Virus record (IMG/VR): IMGVR_UViG_3300017648_000195 | Coordinates: 1 to 38,304 of that record | Origin: a virus | Taxonomy: Duplodnaviria > Caudoviricetes | DNA length: 38,304 nt | Reading direction: 5' to 3' (one strand) | Shown here: positions 1-7,886 of the stretch, piece after piece | How positions within the stretch are numbered: the first letter of the stretch is position 1 | Layout of the letters: each line of letters starts with the position of its first letter | The notes under the pieces: generated by a model | Databases searched by the model: none | The model's input: only the letters and a program-made list of their open reading frames with translations | Told to the model about the DNA's origin: nothing | Translations under genes and position numbers: made by a program

Positions 1-834
1 CTATCGATGGATATCTTCTAACGCCGCAACGCACAGGTTGAAGTTATCGGCCCGATGAAATGCCTCATACTTGAGCATAGACTTGTAGTCTCGATTTCCC
101 AGCCAATGTTGTACAAGATGCAAATTTAATCCGTGTCCAACCAAACGACTCGCGCACGTATGTCTCAATATTGTCGGCACGACTGCCTGATCTGCATCGA
201 GATTCAACTCGGATTTAACTTCATTCCAAGCAATTCGGAACTTCGGTTGCTCAACGCTTCCATAGGGTCCGCGAAGTTCGCCAGTAAAGTCTGCGATTGC
301 ACGAAAAGCGCGATTTGTTAATGGAAGTGTCCTCGCTGCTCCTTTTGTGCTTTCAGGAATGTGTACGAGTTGCCCTTCGACATTCTCCCATCGAATCGCG
401 ATTGCTTCACCGAGCGTCATCCCTGTATCGACGAGGAACTCAACAAGCGATCCATAAATAGGGGTCTTCAAGGCGATACTGCTAATAATAGCCAGCTCTT
501 CCTCTTTGGATAACACTCTCAAAGAAGTTCTGCCTTCAGATAACCTCTTAAAGGTAGGTACATGAGGAATGAGTCCAATCTTCTGCGCTGCCCTTAGGAG
601 TTTGGTCAATGCATTGATTTTCCGGTTGATGGTCGAATTCTTATTGTTTCGCTTTCTCAACTCATTGGCGATCTCGATATAATCGTCATCGTGAAAAGTC
701 ACAAACTCGTCGCGCTTGATATCAGCAATCTCATGAAGGAAAATTATTGCACTTTCCCTGTACTTGCTTTCGCTCCAGAGATCATCTCCCAGAATTTCAA
801 TCAATCGACTGACGGTCAGTGGAGTGTTCGACAT
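1..834 (-). CDS. Tyrosine recombinase/integrase-fold protein, catalytic residues degenerate
   Basis: Integrase-like motifs DTGMTLGEA, PTILRHTCASRL and WLGN...MLKY. Start placed at ATG 834 behind a purine-rich RBS (ORF track starts at 855). Canonical R, H and H positions read T, T and N. Confidence 0.85.
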   Translation of the reverse strand: MSNTPLTVSRLIEILGDDLWSESKYRESAIIFLHEIADIKRDEFVTFHDDDYIEIANELRKRNNKNSTINRKINALTKLLRAAQKIGLIPHVPTFKRLSEGRTSLRVLSKEEELAIISSIALKTPIYGSLVEFLVDTGMTLGEAIAIRWENVEGQLVHIPESTKGAARTLPLTNRAFRAIADFTGELRGPYGSVEQPKFRIAWNEVKSELNLDADQAVVPTILRHTCASRLVGHGLNLHLVQHWLGNRDYKSMLKYEAFHRADNFNLCVAALEDIHR

Positions 835-1152
835 GATTCTCTCTTGCGTAAACAAAGTGGTTCGGAACTGCCTCAGTTTCTGGTGAATATGTTCAAAACA
901 CTACTCGGCAGTGTGAGAAAGAACGATATTCCACAGATAAGACCACTTTACGTATTGTTAAGAATTAGCCCATTCTGCGGCTAAAAGCAGACGTGAGTGG
1001 CAAATTTGTGTTAAATTGGCAACACAGGCAACGGTGAAAATTGAGCAGGTGCTGAACAAGGTTGCGATTAGCCTCCATTAAAGATTATTTATGACTCGTT
1101 GAAATCGAGCGCTTTACGGGCTCGGGGAAAAAGATTGATCTGGAGGTCAGAA

Positions 1153-2289
1153 ATGAACATTAAGAGCCTTCTTCTCGGCTCCGCTGCGGCACTGGTTGCA
1201 GCATCCGGCGCTCAGGCTGCCGACGCAATCGTCGCGCCAGAACCAGAAGCCGTTGAATATGTACGCGTCTGCGATGCTTACGGCGCTGGCTACTTCTACA
1301 TCCCAGGCACCGAAACCTGCCTGCGTATCCATGGTTACGTTCGTTACGACGTTAAAGGTGGCGACAACGTATATTCGGGTAGCGACCGCAAGGGCTGGGA
1401 TAAGAGCGCACGTGCAGCACTCGAACTCTCCACGGGGTCTGAAACCGAACTCGGTACTTTGAAGACTTATACGCAGTTGCGTTTCAATTACTCTAACAGT
1501 AATTCGCGCCGCGATGGCTACTATGCTAACACAGCTTACGAAGACGCGAATGGCGATACATTCGCCACCGGCGGCGGTGTGAGCACTGAGACTGTAATGC
1601 AGTTTGCTTACATTCAGCTTGGTGGTCTGCGTGTTGGTATCGATGAATCGGAATTCCATACCTTTACCGGTTATCTTGGCGATGTGATCAACGATGACGT
1701 GGTAGCTGCTGGTACGTACCGCACCGGTAAGATTTCCTACACCTTCTCTGGCGGTAACGGCTTCTCGGCGGTTATTGCTCTCGAACAGGGTGGCGAAAAC
1801 GACGGTGGTTACGATAATGGCGGTCACGACTATTCGATCGATGGCTACATGCCTGACATCGTTGGCGGCGTGAAGTATGCTGGCGGTTGGGGTTCGATCG
1901 CAGGTGTTGTTGCTTACGACTCGGTCATTGAGGAATGGGCTGCTAAGTTGCGGGGTGACGTGAATGTTACCGATCAGTTCTCGCTTTGGCTGCAGGGTGC
2001 TTATGCTTCTGAAGCATCGCCTGATCAGAACTACGGTCAGTGGGGCGGCGACTGGGCTGTCTGGGGTGGTCTGAAGTACAAGGCAACCGAAAAGGCTGTC
2101 TTCAATCTGCAGGGCGCTCATGATGACTGGGGCAAGACTGCAGTTACGGCAAACGTTGCGTATCAGTTGGTTCCAGGTTTCACCATCACTCCGGAAGTTT
2201 CGTACACCAAGTTTGGTGGCGAATGGAAGGACACTGTTGCTGAGAACAACGCATGGGGCGGTATGGTTCGCTTCCAGCGCTCGTTCTAA
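1153..2289 (+). CDS. omp2b: Omp2/RopA-family (Porin_2) outer-membrane porin, Omp2b-like
   Basis: [58 protein letters not shown]-terminus and ...VRFQRSF C-terminus match Brucella Omp2 porins; GGAGG RBS at 1142-1146. Confidence 0.95.
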   Translation: MNIKSLLLGSAAALVAASGAQAADAIVAPEPEAVEYVRVCDAYGAGYFYIPGTETCLRIHGYVRYDVKGGDNVYSGSDRKGWDKSARAALELSTGSETELGTLKTYTQLRFNYSNSNSRRDGYYANTAYEDANGDTFATGGGVSTETVMQFAYIQLGGLRVGIDESEFHTFTGYLGDVINDDVVAAGTYRTGKISYTFSGGNGFSAVIALEQGGENDGGYDNGGHDYSIDGYMPDIVGGVKYAGGWGSIAGVVAYDSVIEEWAAKLRGDVNVTDQFSLWLQGAYASEASPDQNYGQWGGDWAVWGGLKYKATEKAVFNLQGAHDDWGKTAVTANVAYQLVPGFTITPEVSYTKFGGEWKDTVAENNAWGGMVRFQRSF

Positions 2290-2312
2290 TCAGTCTGCGG
2301 TTATCAAAGACG

Positions 2313-2343
2313 AACCCGGTAGTTACCACTACCGGGTTTTTTT
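2313..2343 (+). terminator. Rho-independent terminator of porin
   Basis: AACCCGGTAG-ttacca-CTACCGGGTT followed by a T run. Confidence 0.9.
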
Positions 2344-2345
2344 GT

Positions 2346-2373
2346 TTGACAGTTCATTTTGTCTCGCTAAAGT
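2346..2373 (+). promoter_or_regulatory. sigma70-type promoter for the downstream sRNA
   Basis: TTGACA (2346-2351), 16-bp spacer, TAAAGT (2368-2373). Confidence 0.55.
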
Positions 2374-2377
2374 TTTA

Positions 2378-2479
2378 ATGCCTAGTTTAGTAGAAGGACT
2401 GCTAAACTGTCAGAATAATGTGGCCTCCAGTCCATTATTTAGGCATGGCGGTGGGTTGCTCCACCGCCATTTTTTATTT
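2378..2479 (+). ncRNA. Candidate structured sRNA with CCUCC anti-SD loop
   Basis: ATGCCTA...TAGGCAT closes two hairpins (AGTTTAGTAG/CTGCTAAACT; AATAATG-tggcctccagtc-CATTATT), followed by terminator ATGGCGGTGG/CCACCGCCAT plus T run; promoter directly upstream. Confidence 0.55.
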
Positions 2480-2507
2480 CTCAGTCTCGCCCTTTGAAAT
2501 CAGTGGC

Positions 2508-2518
2508 AATAGCACAAT
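2508..2518 (+). repeat. Candidate attL core AATAGCACAAT
   Basis: Identical to 37617-37627, with weaker similarity continuing (..AAATTAACATT vs ..AAACTTAACGTT). Overlaps inverted repeat GCACAATG-N8-CATTGTGC. Confidence 0.3.
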
Positions 2519-2544
2519 GGAAATTAACATTGTGCGAGGGCCAC

Positions 2545-2871
2545 ATGAGCATTTTAAAGCATATGGGTTTCAGTGCTGCTGCAGTAGGAGTTGTAGCTGG
2601 TATTCCTTACTTGTTTAACGAGTTGCAGAAACATTCGATTGCAGAAAACGAAGCAGCGCAGCGGCAACTAGATCAGTTGATGATTGTAACTGTGTCGCCA
2701 GCATTTGAAGTGCTTGAGATAAGTCAGCAGCAAGCAATTATCCGAGACACAAACGGCATATGGGTTGTTCGTGTTGGTGACGTTTTGCCGACAGGCGAAA
2801 CTATTACAGCAATCGGAAATGGAATAATGACTGATAAATCCCAAACATATACAGTGGGAAACAGTCGTTAA
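2545..2871 (+). CDS. Membrane-anchored protein with small C-terminal beta domain
   Basis: N-terminal hydrophobic segment; C-terminus FEVLEISQQQAIIRDTNGIWVVRVGDVLP; GAGGG RBS. Confidence 0.65.
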   Translation: MSILKHMGFSAAAVGVVAGIPYLFNELQKHSIAENEAAQRQLDQLMIVTVSPAFEVLEISQQQAIIRDTNGIWVVRVGDVLPTGETITAIGNGIMTDKSQTYTVGNSR

Positions 2872-2949
2872 ATAGCAACGGACACAACGTCCGACTGCTC
2901 AGTGGGGTTAGCAATGCGGCTAACCCCATTTTCTTTTAAGGTATACGTT

Positions 2950-3312
2950 ATGAGTTACAAGGATTTCATCACCGAACTATTTGATAAGTCGAAAGCCTAT
3001 CACGAAGCGCAAGGCGCAGTATGGGCGATTACGCTTGCGCAGTTTCGCGAGCGGATGAAGGAGTTAGGTTTCGAGCGGCCTGCTCCTATGGGTCAAATAC
3101 TGGTCGTGCAACGGGTTTCGCGCAAGCGCAAGGAATGGACGCCGGACAATCTCAAGTTCCATGTGAAGGCCGTCCCCCCATCCTATGCCGCAAAGACGCA
3201 GAAACACGTCAAGGACGCGCAAGGGCAGTCCGACGCTTCGCAAGTACGTTTGTTGACGCGTCAGCAGTGGGTGAGCGAATTACGGGCAGATAAGGCCCAC
3301 CTGCATAAATAG
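2950..3312 (+). CDS. Hypothetical phage protein
   Basis: 120-aa ORF with AAGG RBS and TAAATA at 2869. Confidence 0.6.
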   Translation: MSYKDFITELFDKSKAYHEAQGAVWAITLAQFRERMKELGFERPAPMGQILVVQRVSRKRKEWTPDNLKFHVKAVPPSYAAKTQKHVKDAQGQSDASQVRLLTRQQWVSELRADKAHLHK

Positions 3313-3316
3313 GATT

Positions 3317-3408
3317 GAGGACGTTTACACCCTTTACGATCCTCCCGCACAGCGCTCCAGATGCGGTAAGGCCCACTTGGTTCAGTCATCCCAAGTGGGC
3401 TTTTTATT
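3317..3408 (+). ncRNA. Candidate three-hairpin sRNA
   Basis: ATAAATA at 3305-3311; hairpins GAGGACGT/ACGATCCTC and CCGCA/TGCGG; terminator GCCCACTTGG/CCAAGTGGGC plus TTTTT; no ORF. Confidence 0.5.
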
Positions 3409-3646
3409 GATGTGAAGTGGTATTTGGATGAAAATTTATGGAGCGCGAAACAAAATCTCGATGAAACAAATTGAAGCTGGAGGAATTTGAAACAGAAAGT
3501 TTATGGTAGATAATAGAAACGAAACAATGACAAACAGATTTTTACAATAGATCACTGATAGCAATAGTAAAATCCAAAGAAACAATATTGTCCTGCGATT
3601 TTACTTGTGCTAGGCCGGTGGTAACAGCAACAGCGGAGGGCATAAC

Positions 3647-3781
3647 ATGTTGGAATTCTTCTTAATCCTTTTCACTCTATGGGTTTTATCACGTCCACCA
3701 GATGCGCAGGGCAACGGTCCAATCAAGCGTTTCATCAAGCGCCGTATTGAAGCACTCGCATCGTGGGGTTGGAGTTCATGA
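3647..3781 (+). CDS. Small membrane peptide (44 aa, below ORF-track cutoff)
   Basis: GGAGGG RBS; MLEFFLILFTLWVLSRPP...; its stop overlaps the next start (ATGA). Confidence 0.6.
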   Translation: MLEFFLILFTLWVLSRPPDAQGNGPIKRFIKRRIEALASWGWSS

Positions 3782-3990
3782 TTTCGTTCATTCAGGACAA
3801 CTTGGTTCTGTCTGTCGTTGCAGTTGTCGCCTTCTATGCAGCAGGACTTGCCGTCATGTTGCGTAACAGCATGATTAAGATGGCGAAGATTGCAGACGAC
3901 AATTTCATTCCACGTGAGGAAATGAACCCCATCTTGAAAGTTATCGCCAAACACACGAACGACATTCAGGCACTTAAAGAGCGCATCTAA
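3778..3990 (+). CDS. Small single-TM protein
   Basis: MISFIQDNLVLSVVAVVAFYAAGLAVML..., GGAG RBS, coupled to the upstream ORF; hairpin at 4014-4036 follows. Confidence 0.65.
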   Translation: MISFIQDNLVLSVVAVVAFYAAGLAVMLRNSMIKMAKIADDNFIPREEMNPILKVIAKHTNDIQALKERI

Positions 3991-4062
3991 ACACAAATTC
4001 ATCCGCTCATAGAAATGGCCCGGATTACGGGCCATTGTCGTTTCTATGAATGTCGCTTGCCC

Positions 4063-4443
4063 TTATGGGAACATCTTAGCCGCTTTGCCTTCTGCAAGCG
4101 TTTTGCCACCAGCGTCGAGCGCCTTCACTGTCCACGAGTAATTATGCGACCCGCTTGGTGGGCATGGGCCTTTGTAACGGAATGCCCCATATGGAATTGC
4201 AGCTTTACCGTTGAAGGCAACCTTGCCGCCGCCGTGCTCGAACCCCATAGCGTTACGATCCACCATACGGAAAGTAAGTGTCTTCGTTTCCTTCGGAACG
4301 CCTGTGATGTTGAAAGGCGGTGATTTGGAGTCGAAGCATTTCTTCGTCGGCCCCCACTGGAATGACACGCCGAGATCAGCCGATAGCGCAGGCGTTGCCA
4401 TTGCGGCCATAACAGCAGCCGCAGCAATTAGTGTCTTTTTCAT
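4063..4443 (-). CDS. Exported YbhB/YbcL (PEBP, Raf-kinase-inhibitor-like) protein
   Basis: Signal peptide; motifs MVD...HGGG and YKGPCPPSGSHNYSWTVKALD. Confidence 0.85.
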   Translation of the reverse strand: MKKTLIAAAAVMAAMATPALSADLGVSFQWGPTKKCFDSKSPPFNITGVPKETKTLTFRMVDRNAMGFEHGGGKVAFNGKAAIPYGAFRYKGPCPPSGSHNYSWTVKALDAGGKTLAEGKAAKMFP

Positions 4444-4530
4444 TCGTATTTCCTTCCAAGCCCCGACATAGACTCACTATGCCATAATAGGAACGTTAGT
4501 ATTTTTCCCTTTGCACGCAATAGGGGAAAT

Positions 4531-4863
4531 TCACTCGGGATTTATTATCTGCCCTTCGCGTCGAGCAGCAGCAGTCCATTTGCTCAACGGCAAGTCCGTT
4601 TGGAAATGCAGATCGCGTTCAACACGCCATAGATTGAATATCAGCAGTTGTTCGAGTTCCTTTAAACTCACGTAACCGAGTTCAGGTTCACCAAGCCCCA
4701 GATCACACAGTCCAAAGCACGTGTCGCCATCTGGCAGCATATCCTTGAGCAACCACGTGGCTTTCGTATTTGGGACGAACAATCTGACGACCGGCGGGTG
4801 ATCTGCCTCGCAATTCCGATTGTTTTCGGCCAGCTTCAAGCGTTGTTGAGGTGTAAGCAGCAT
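4531..4863 (-). CDS. DUF2958 family protein
   Basis: PVVRLFVPNTKATWLL...FGLCDLGLGEPELGYVSLKEL...VERDLHF signature. Confidence 0.9.
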   Translation of the reverse strand: MLLTPQQRLKLAENNRNCEADHPPVVRLFVPNTKATWLLKDMLPDGDTCFGLCDLGLGEPELGYVSLKELEQLLIFNLWRVERDLHFQTDLPLSKWTAAARREGQIINPE

Positions 4864-5018
4864 TATGCGGCCTCACTTTTCATGCCCAGCACTTCCATTT
4901 CATACCGGCTCTCGTTTAGCCTGCGCCATGCTTTCCATGCTGCTACAGTTGGGAACACCTTATCGAAAGCATCACCAGCAATTTTGCCCCACACCTGAAA
5001 TCCAACTTGTGCTTGCAT
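4863..5018 (-). CDS. Small hypothetical protein
   Basis: GGAG RBS before ATG 5018; stop overlaps the DUF2958 start. Confidence 0.55.
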   Translation of the reverse strand: MQAQVGFQVWGKIAGDAFDKVFPTVAAWKAWRRLNESRYEMEVLGMKSEAA

Positions 5019-5210
5019 TTGCTTAACTCCGTTTTGCGTTTGCAACTCAGAGTTATTGCCGTTGGATTCAAAGGGCGAGCATAGACTGCTCTGGAAAAGG
5101 CAGTCTTTTCAATTACTTGGCTTTGCGATTGAAATTTGTATGGGTGTAATTAACTTCGCTTTGGTGTAGCTGGAAAAACAAAAAGAATTCAATGGGTTGA
5201 TAGAATAATA

Positions 5211-5242
5211 TTGACGCTCAAAATGGGTGTTCTGTATAAATA
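5211..5242 (+). promoter_or_regulatory. TATAAATA (T4 late consensus) overlapping a possible sigma70 promoter
   Basis: TATAAATA at 5235-5242; TTGACG at 5211-5216 with an 18-bp spacer. Confidence 0.6.
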
Positions 5243-5401
5243 GAAGTGACGCGAAACATTGGGCGATGAGGTAGCGTCAAGTTACCTAGAGCAGTGTTTC
5301 GTATCAAGTTCCTAAAGAGAAAAATGATTGTGACTCTGCTCGCTAGCCCAATGTCGAGCAGGGTCATTTTTCTTTAAAATCATTTTTCTAAGGACAAAGT
5401 T

Positions 5402-6376
5402 ATGGAACTTCACAACAATCTCACAACATCGGATATTATTGAACGTATCAAGCAAGCAAATGGCATCTATGATGATGACGCACGTCCTGCTTCTGATAGC
5501 ATTGGTGGTATTGATTATTTCGCTAACCGCGACTCTTTTAAGGATATAACCAAGCGCAAAGCAGGCGCGACTCTTTTAAATAATAAGGAATGTAATGTAA
5601 TCCTTAAAGCAGTCGCGCCTACGGCGCATGACGACTGCCAAGTAAGGGGTGATTTATCTATCACTGGGGAGAATAAGGCGCTCGCGGCTACGCCTGCTTC
5701 GCAAACTAATGGTGTCGCGGACTCGCTTCACTCACCCAGCGACGAAGATAATGAACTAATGGACGATGCTGTTCCGCTCGAAGACGAGGCCGTGCTGGCC
5801 GACGACGAGTTGTTCGACCCGGACTTCTACAAGATGCGCATTGATCTGTTCGACAACGGTGCACAGGCGAACAAGACGCAGTGGACAGCGAAGATCACCG
5901 CGCTCGTCAATCCCGATAGTGATCCTGAAAATCCCTATGTGATGGTTGCCAACTATTACAGTCGTTCGCGCGACTTTCGATCAGCCATCAAGAAGCGCGA
6001 CATGTGGTGCAGCTTTTACGATGAAGTAGAAGCCGTATTTGAAGAACACGTTCATGCTGGCCTTGATTATAAGGTCAAGCCGATGATCGCTATTCTCAAG
6101 GAGCAGGTGAAGCACGAAGGAGGCAAGCCATCGTATCTGCCAATCGGTTACACAGCGTCAATCATGTATCAGGAACACGGGTGCGATCCGGTGGTCTGGG
6201 TCATTTACCAGAATTTTCTTCGCGAAGTTCATCTGGATCAGGCGTTCACTGTGCAGAAGGCCAGCAAACTCTACAAGATTGGTATCTATCGCGATCCTAC
6301 TCGCGTTCACTTGGAACCGCGTAAGGACAAGCCGATCCAAATGGTAGTTCGAAAGCCGGGTGATTTCGGAAAGTAA
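5402..6376 (+). CDS. Hypothetical protein, possible replication initiator containing origin-like repeats
   Basis: 324-aa ORF with AAGGA RBS; internal repeats at 5528-5620; no family recognised. Confidence 0.7.
   Translation: MELHNNLTTSDIIERIKQANGIYDDDARPASDSIGGIDYFANRDSFKDITKRKAGATLLNNKECNVILKAVAPTAHDDCQVRGDLSITGENKALAATPASQTNGVADSLHSPSDEDNELMDDAVPLEDEAVLADDELFDPDFYKMRIDLFDNGAQANKTQWTAKITALVNPDSDPENPYVMVANYYSRSRDFRSAIKKRDMWCSFYDEVEAVFEEHVHAGLDYKVKPMIAILKEQVKHEGGKPSYLPIGYTASIMYQEHGCDPVVWVIYQNFLREVHLDQAFTVQKASKLYKIGIYRDPTRVHLEPRKDKPIQMVVRKPGDFGK
5528..5620. repeat. Iteron-like direct and inverted repeats around an AT-rich core
   Basis: CGCGACTCTTTTAA at 5528-5541 and 5566-5579; inverted copy TTAAAGCAGTCGCGCCT at 5604-5620 (15/17 match to 5563-5579). 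Confidence 0.75.
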
Positions 6377-6452
6377 GCGTTTTGATGCTGTTTGAAGCGT
6401 TCCCAGTGACCCTTGAGTAAATACAAGCGGAGAAAAAACGGGAGCGCTTCAA

Positions 6453-6635
6453 ATGCAAAATTTAATTAATGAATTAGAAAACGCGGCTGCAACTTTGCCA
6501 ATGTCCACACAGACACAGGCAGCAGCAATTCGCCAGTTGGCAGCACAGCAAGCAGAACAACAACGCCTCATCGATGCGCTAGAGGAAGCCATCGAACGTA
6601 TTGAGCAGGCACTTATTCATTTCAACAATCAATAA
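6453..6635 (+). CDS. Small coiled-coil protein
   Basis: GGGAG RBS, TAAATA at 6418, heptad-rich sequence. Confidence 0.7.
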   Translation: MQNLINELENAAATLPMSTQTQAAAIRQLAAQQAEQQRLIDALEEAIERIEQALIHFNNQ

Positions 6636-6650
6636 TTAAAGGGTAATAAC

Positions 6651-7130
6651 ATGAAACAATTAGATTTAAACGAACTATTCGATATCGAGTCATTCAAGAT
6701 CACGGAGATTGTCGTCAAGCAGAAGCCTTCGCGACTAGATCCGATCAACGATATTAAAGCCGGAAATGTACGTGTGGATTATAAGCCACGTTACGGCAAG
6801 ACCACTATCCCATTCATGGACTTTGCAAAGGGTGATCGCCGGTGGCTCGACCTGCTTGTGACGGAACTGGTTGGCATTGCTGACCTCTACAGGGCCGACA
6901 AGATTATCATGCTGAACTATGCAGCAGCGAGACGTGGCACAGGCTCGACGCAGACTTGGCAGAAATACGTCGAGGGCTTGTATTCGGACAAAGTGCTAGG
7001 CGGTATGGATTACACGACCTCGCAGCTTAAACACCTTCCCACGCTTATCGATTTGCTCCGCCAGGGCGAACGTCTCAAGGGCTGCGGCTCACTTGAGTTC
7101 TGCGACCTTGACACCGGCAAGACACTGTGA
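6651..7130 (+). CDS. Hypothetical phage protein
   Basis: 159-aa ORF in operon, AAGGG RBS. Confidence 0.75.
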   Translation: MKQLDLNELFDIESFKITEIVVKQKPSRLDPINDIKAGNVRVDYKPRYGKTTIPFMDFAKGDRRWLDLLVTELVGIADLYRADKIIMLNYAAARRGTGSTQTWQKYVEGLYSDKVLGGMDYTTSQLKHLPTLIDLLRQGERLKGCGSLEFCDLDTGKTL

Positions 7131-7142
7131 GGGGAGGCTAGC

Positions 7143-7304
7143 ATGAATAAAGACAAGCGAATTATTGAGAACGGTAAAACGATTTGGGTTCCGAAGCATC
7201 AGGAACCGCAACCATTACCCAAGCAAACAGCACCAAAGAAGAAGAACCCATATGAGCCGAAACGAACCGGCAAGCGATATGGGGAGCGTAAGAATTGGTG
7301 GTGA
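7143..7304 (+). CDS. Small basic protein (53 aa, below ORF-track cutoff)
   Basis: GGGGAGG RBS; MNKDKRIIENGKTIWVPK...RKNWW; followed by a terminator. Confidence 0.65.
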   Translation: MNKDKRIIENGKTIWVPKHQEPQPLPKQTAPKKKNPYEPKRTGKRYGERKNWW

Positions 7305-7310
7305 GATAGG

Positions 7311-7336
7311 ACCCGGCTTAAACAGCCGGGTTTTTC
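7311..7336 (+). terminator. Rho-independent terminator
   Basis: ACCCGGCT-taaac-AGCCGGGT plus T run. Confidence 0.85.
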
Positions 7337-7425
7337 ATGCGATTGGTCCGTGACATTCATATTGCGAATAGTTGCACTTGGTGGCAAACCTATGCGTAGA
7401 ATTGTGGGTGGGGAGAATGTCGTCA

Positions 7426-7824
7426 ATGCGTTCGATTTTGATTGTTGCGTGTGTCGCGCTGTCGGCTTGCGCTGGTACATCAGATGGTAAAGTTGCCTTG
7501 GGTTTCAGGGGCAGTGAGGCATGGATTGCCACAGCGCCGCGCGCTGACGTGTTAGCATTTTTCGATGGGCGTAGAACATTTGAATTATGTGATGCGTGGG
7601 CCAGACATCCGAACGAGCGGAGAGTTCGGCGTGAGATTGCTGATGCTCTCGTGAGACGCGGCGAACCCGAGGATAAATGCTACAACCCAACGGCTGATGC
7701 AATTAGACGGAGCCAGCAAACGGTTCCCCCGGTAGTAGTGAATCAAACCAGCCCGACGACAGTGAATTGCACCAGTTATGGCGGCGGTCGTTTGGGAACT
7801 CAGACTTACTGCAACGCCTACTAA
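7426..7824 (+). CDS. Lipoprotein (moron)
   Basis: MRSILIVACVALSA-C lipobox; flanked by terminators at 7311 and ~7844-7867. Confidence 0.8.
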   Translation: MRSILIVACVALSACAGTSDGKVALGFRGSEAWIATAPRADVLAFFDGRRTFELCDAWARHPNERRVRREIADALVRRGEPEDKCYNPTADAIRRSQQTVPPVVVNQTSPTTVNCTSYGGGRLGTQTYCNAY

Positions 7825-7886
7825 GTCCAGCAAAGACACGATCAAACCCGGCTTTGCCGAGTTTTTTGATATGGGATAAATAACAA

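Noticed and set aside
454-460. ATAAATA inside the integrase gene, and minus-strand copies at 2436-2441 and 14775-14780
   Set aside because: Antisense or not positioned before a gene; the 2436 copy is explained as part of an sRNA stem. Treated as background.
1-834. Tyrosine recombinase as the prophage integrase
   Set aside because: Catalytic residues are degenerate; the intact large serine recombinase at the right end is the better candidate.
1147-2121. 324-aa minus-strand ORF, and similar long antisense ORFs (31349-32113, 31438-32154, 32519-33379)
   Set aside because: Shadows of well-supported plus-strand genes; no RBS or recognisable motifs.
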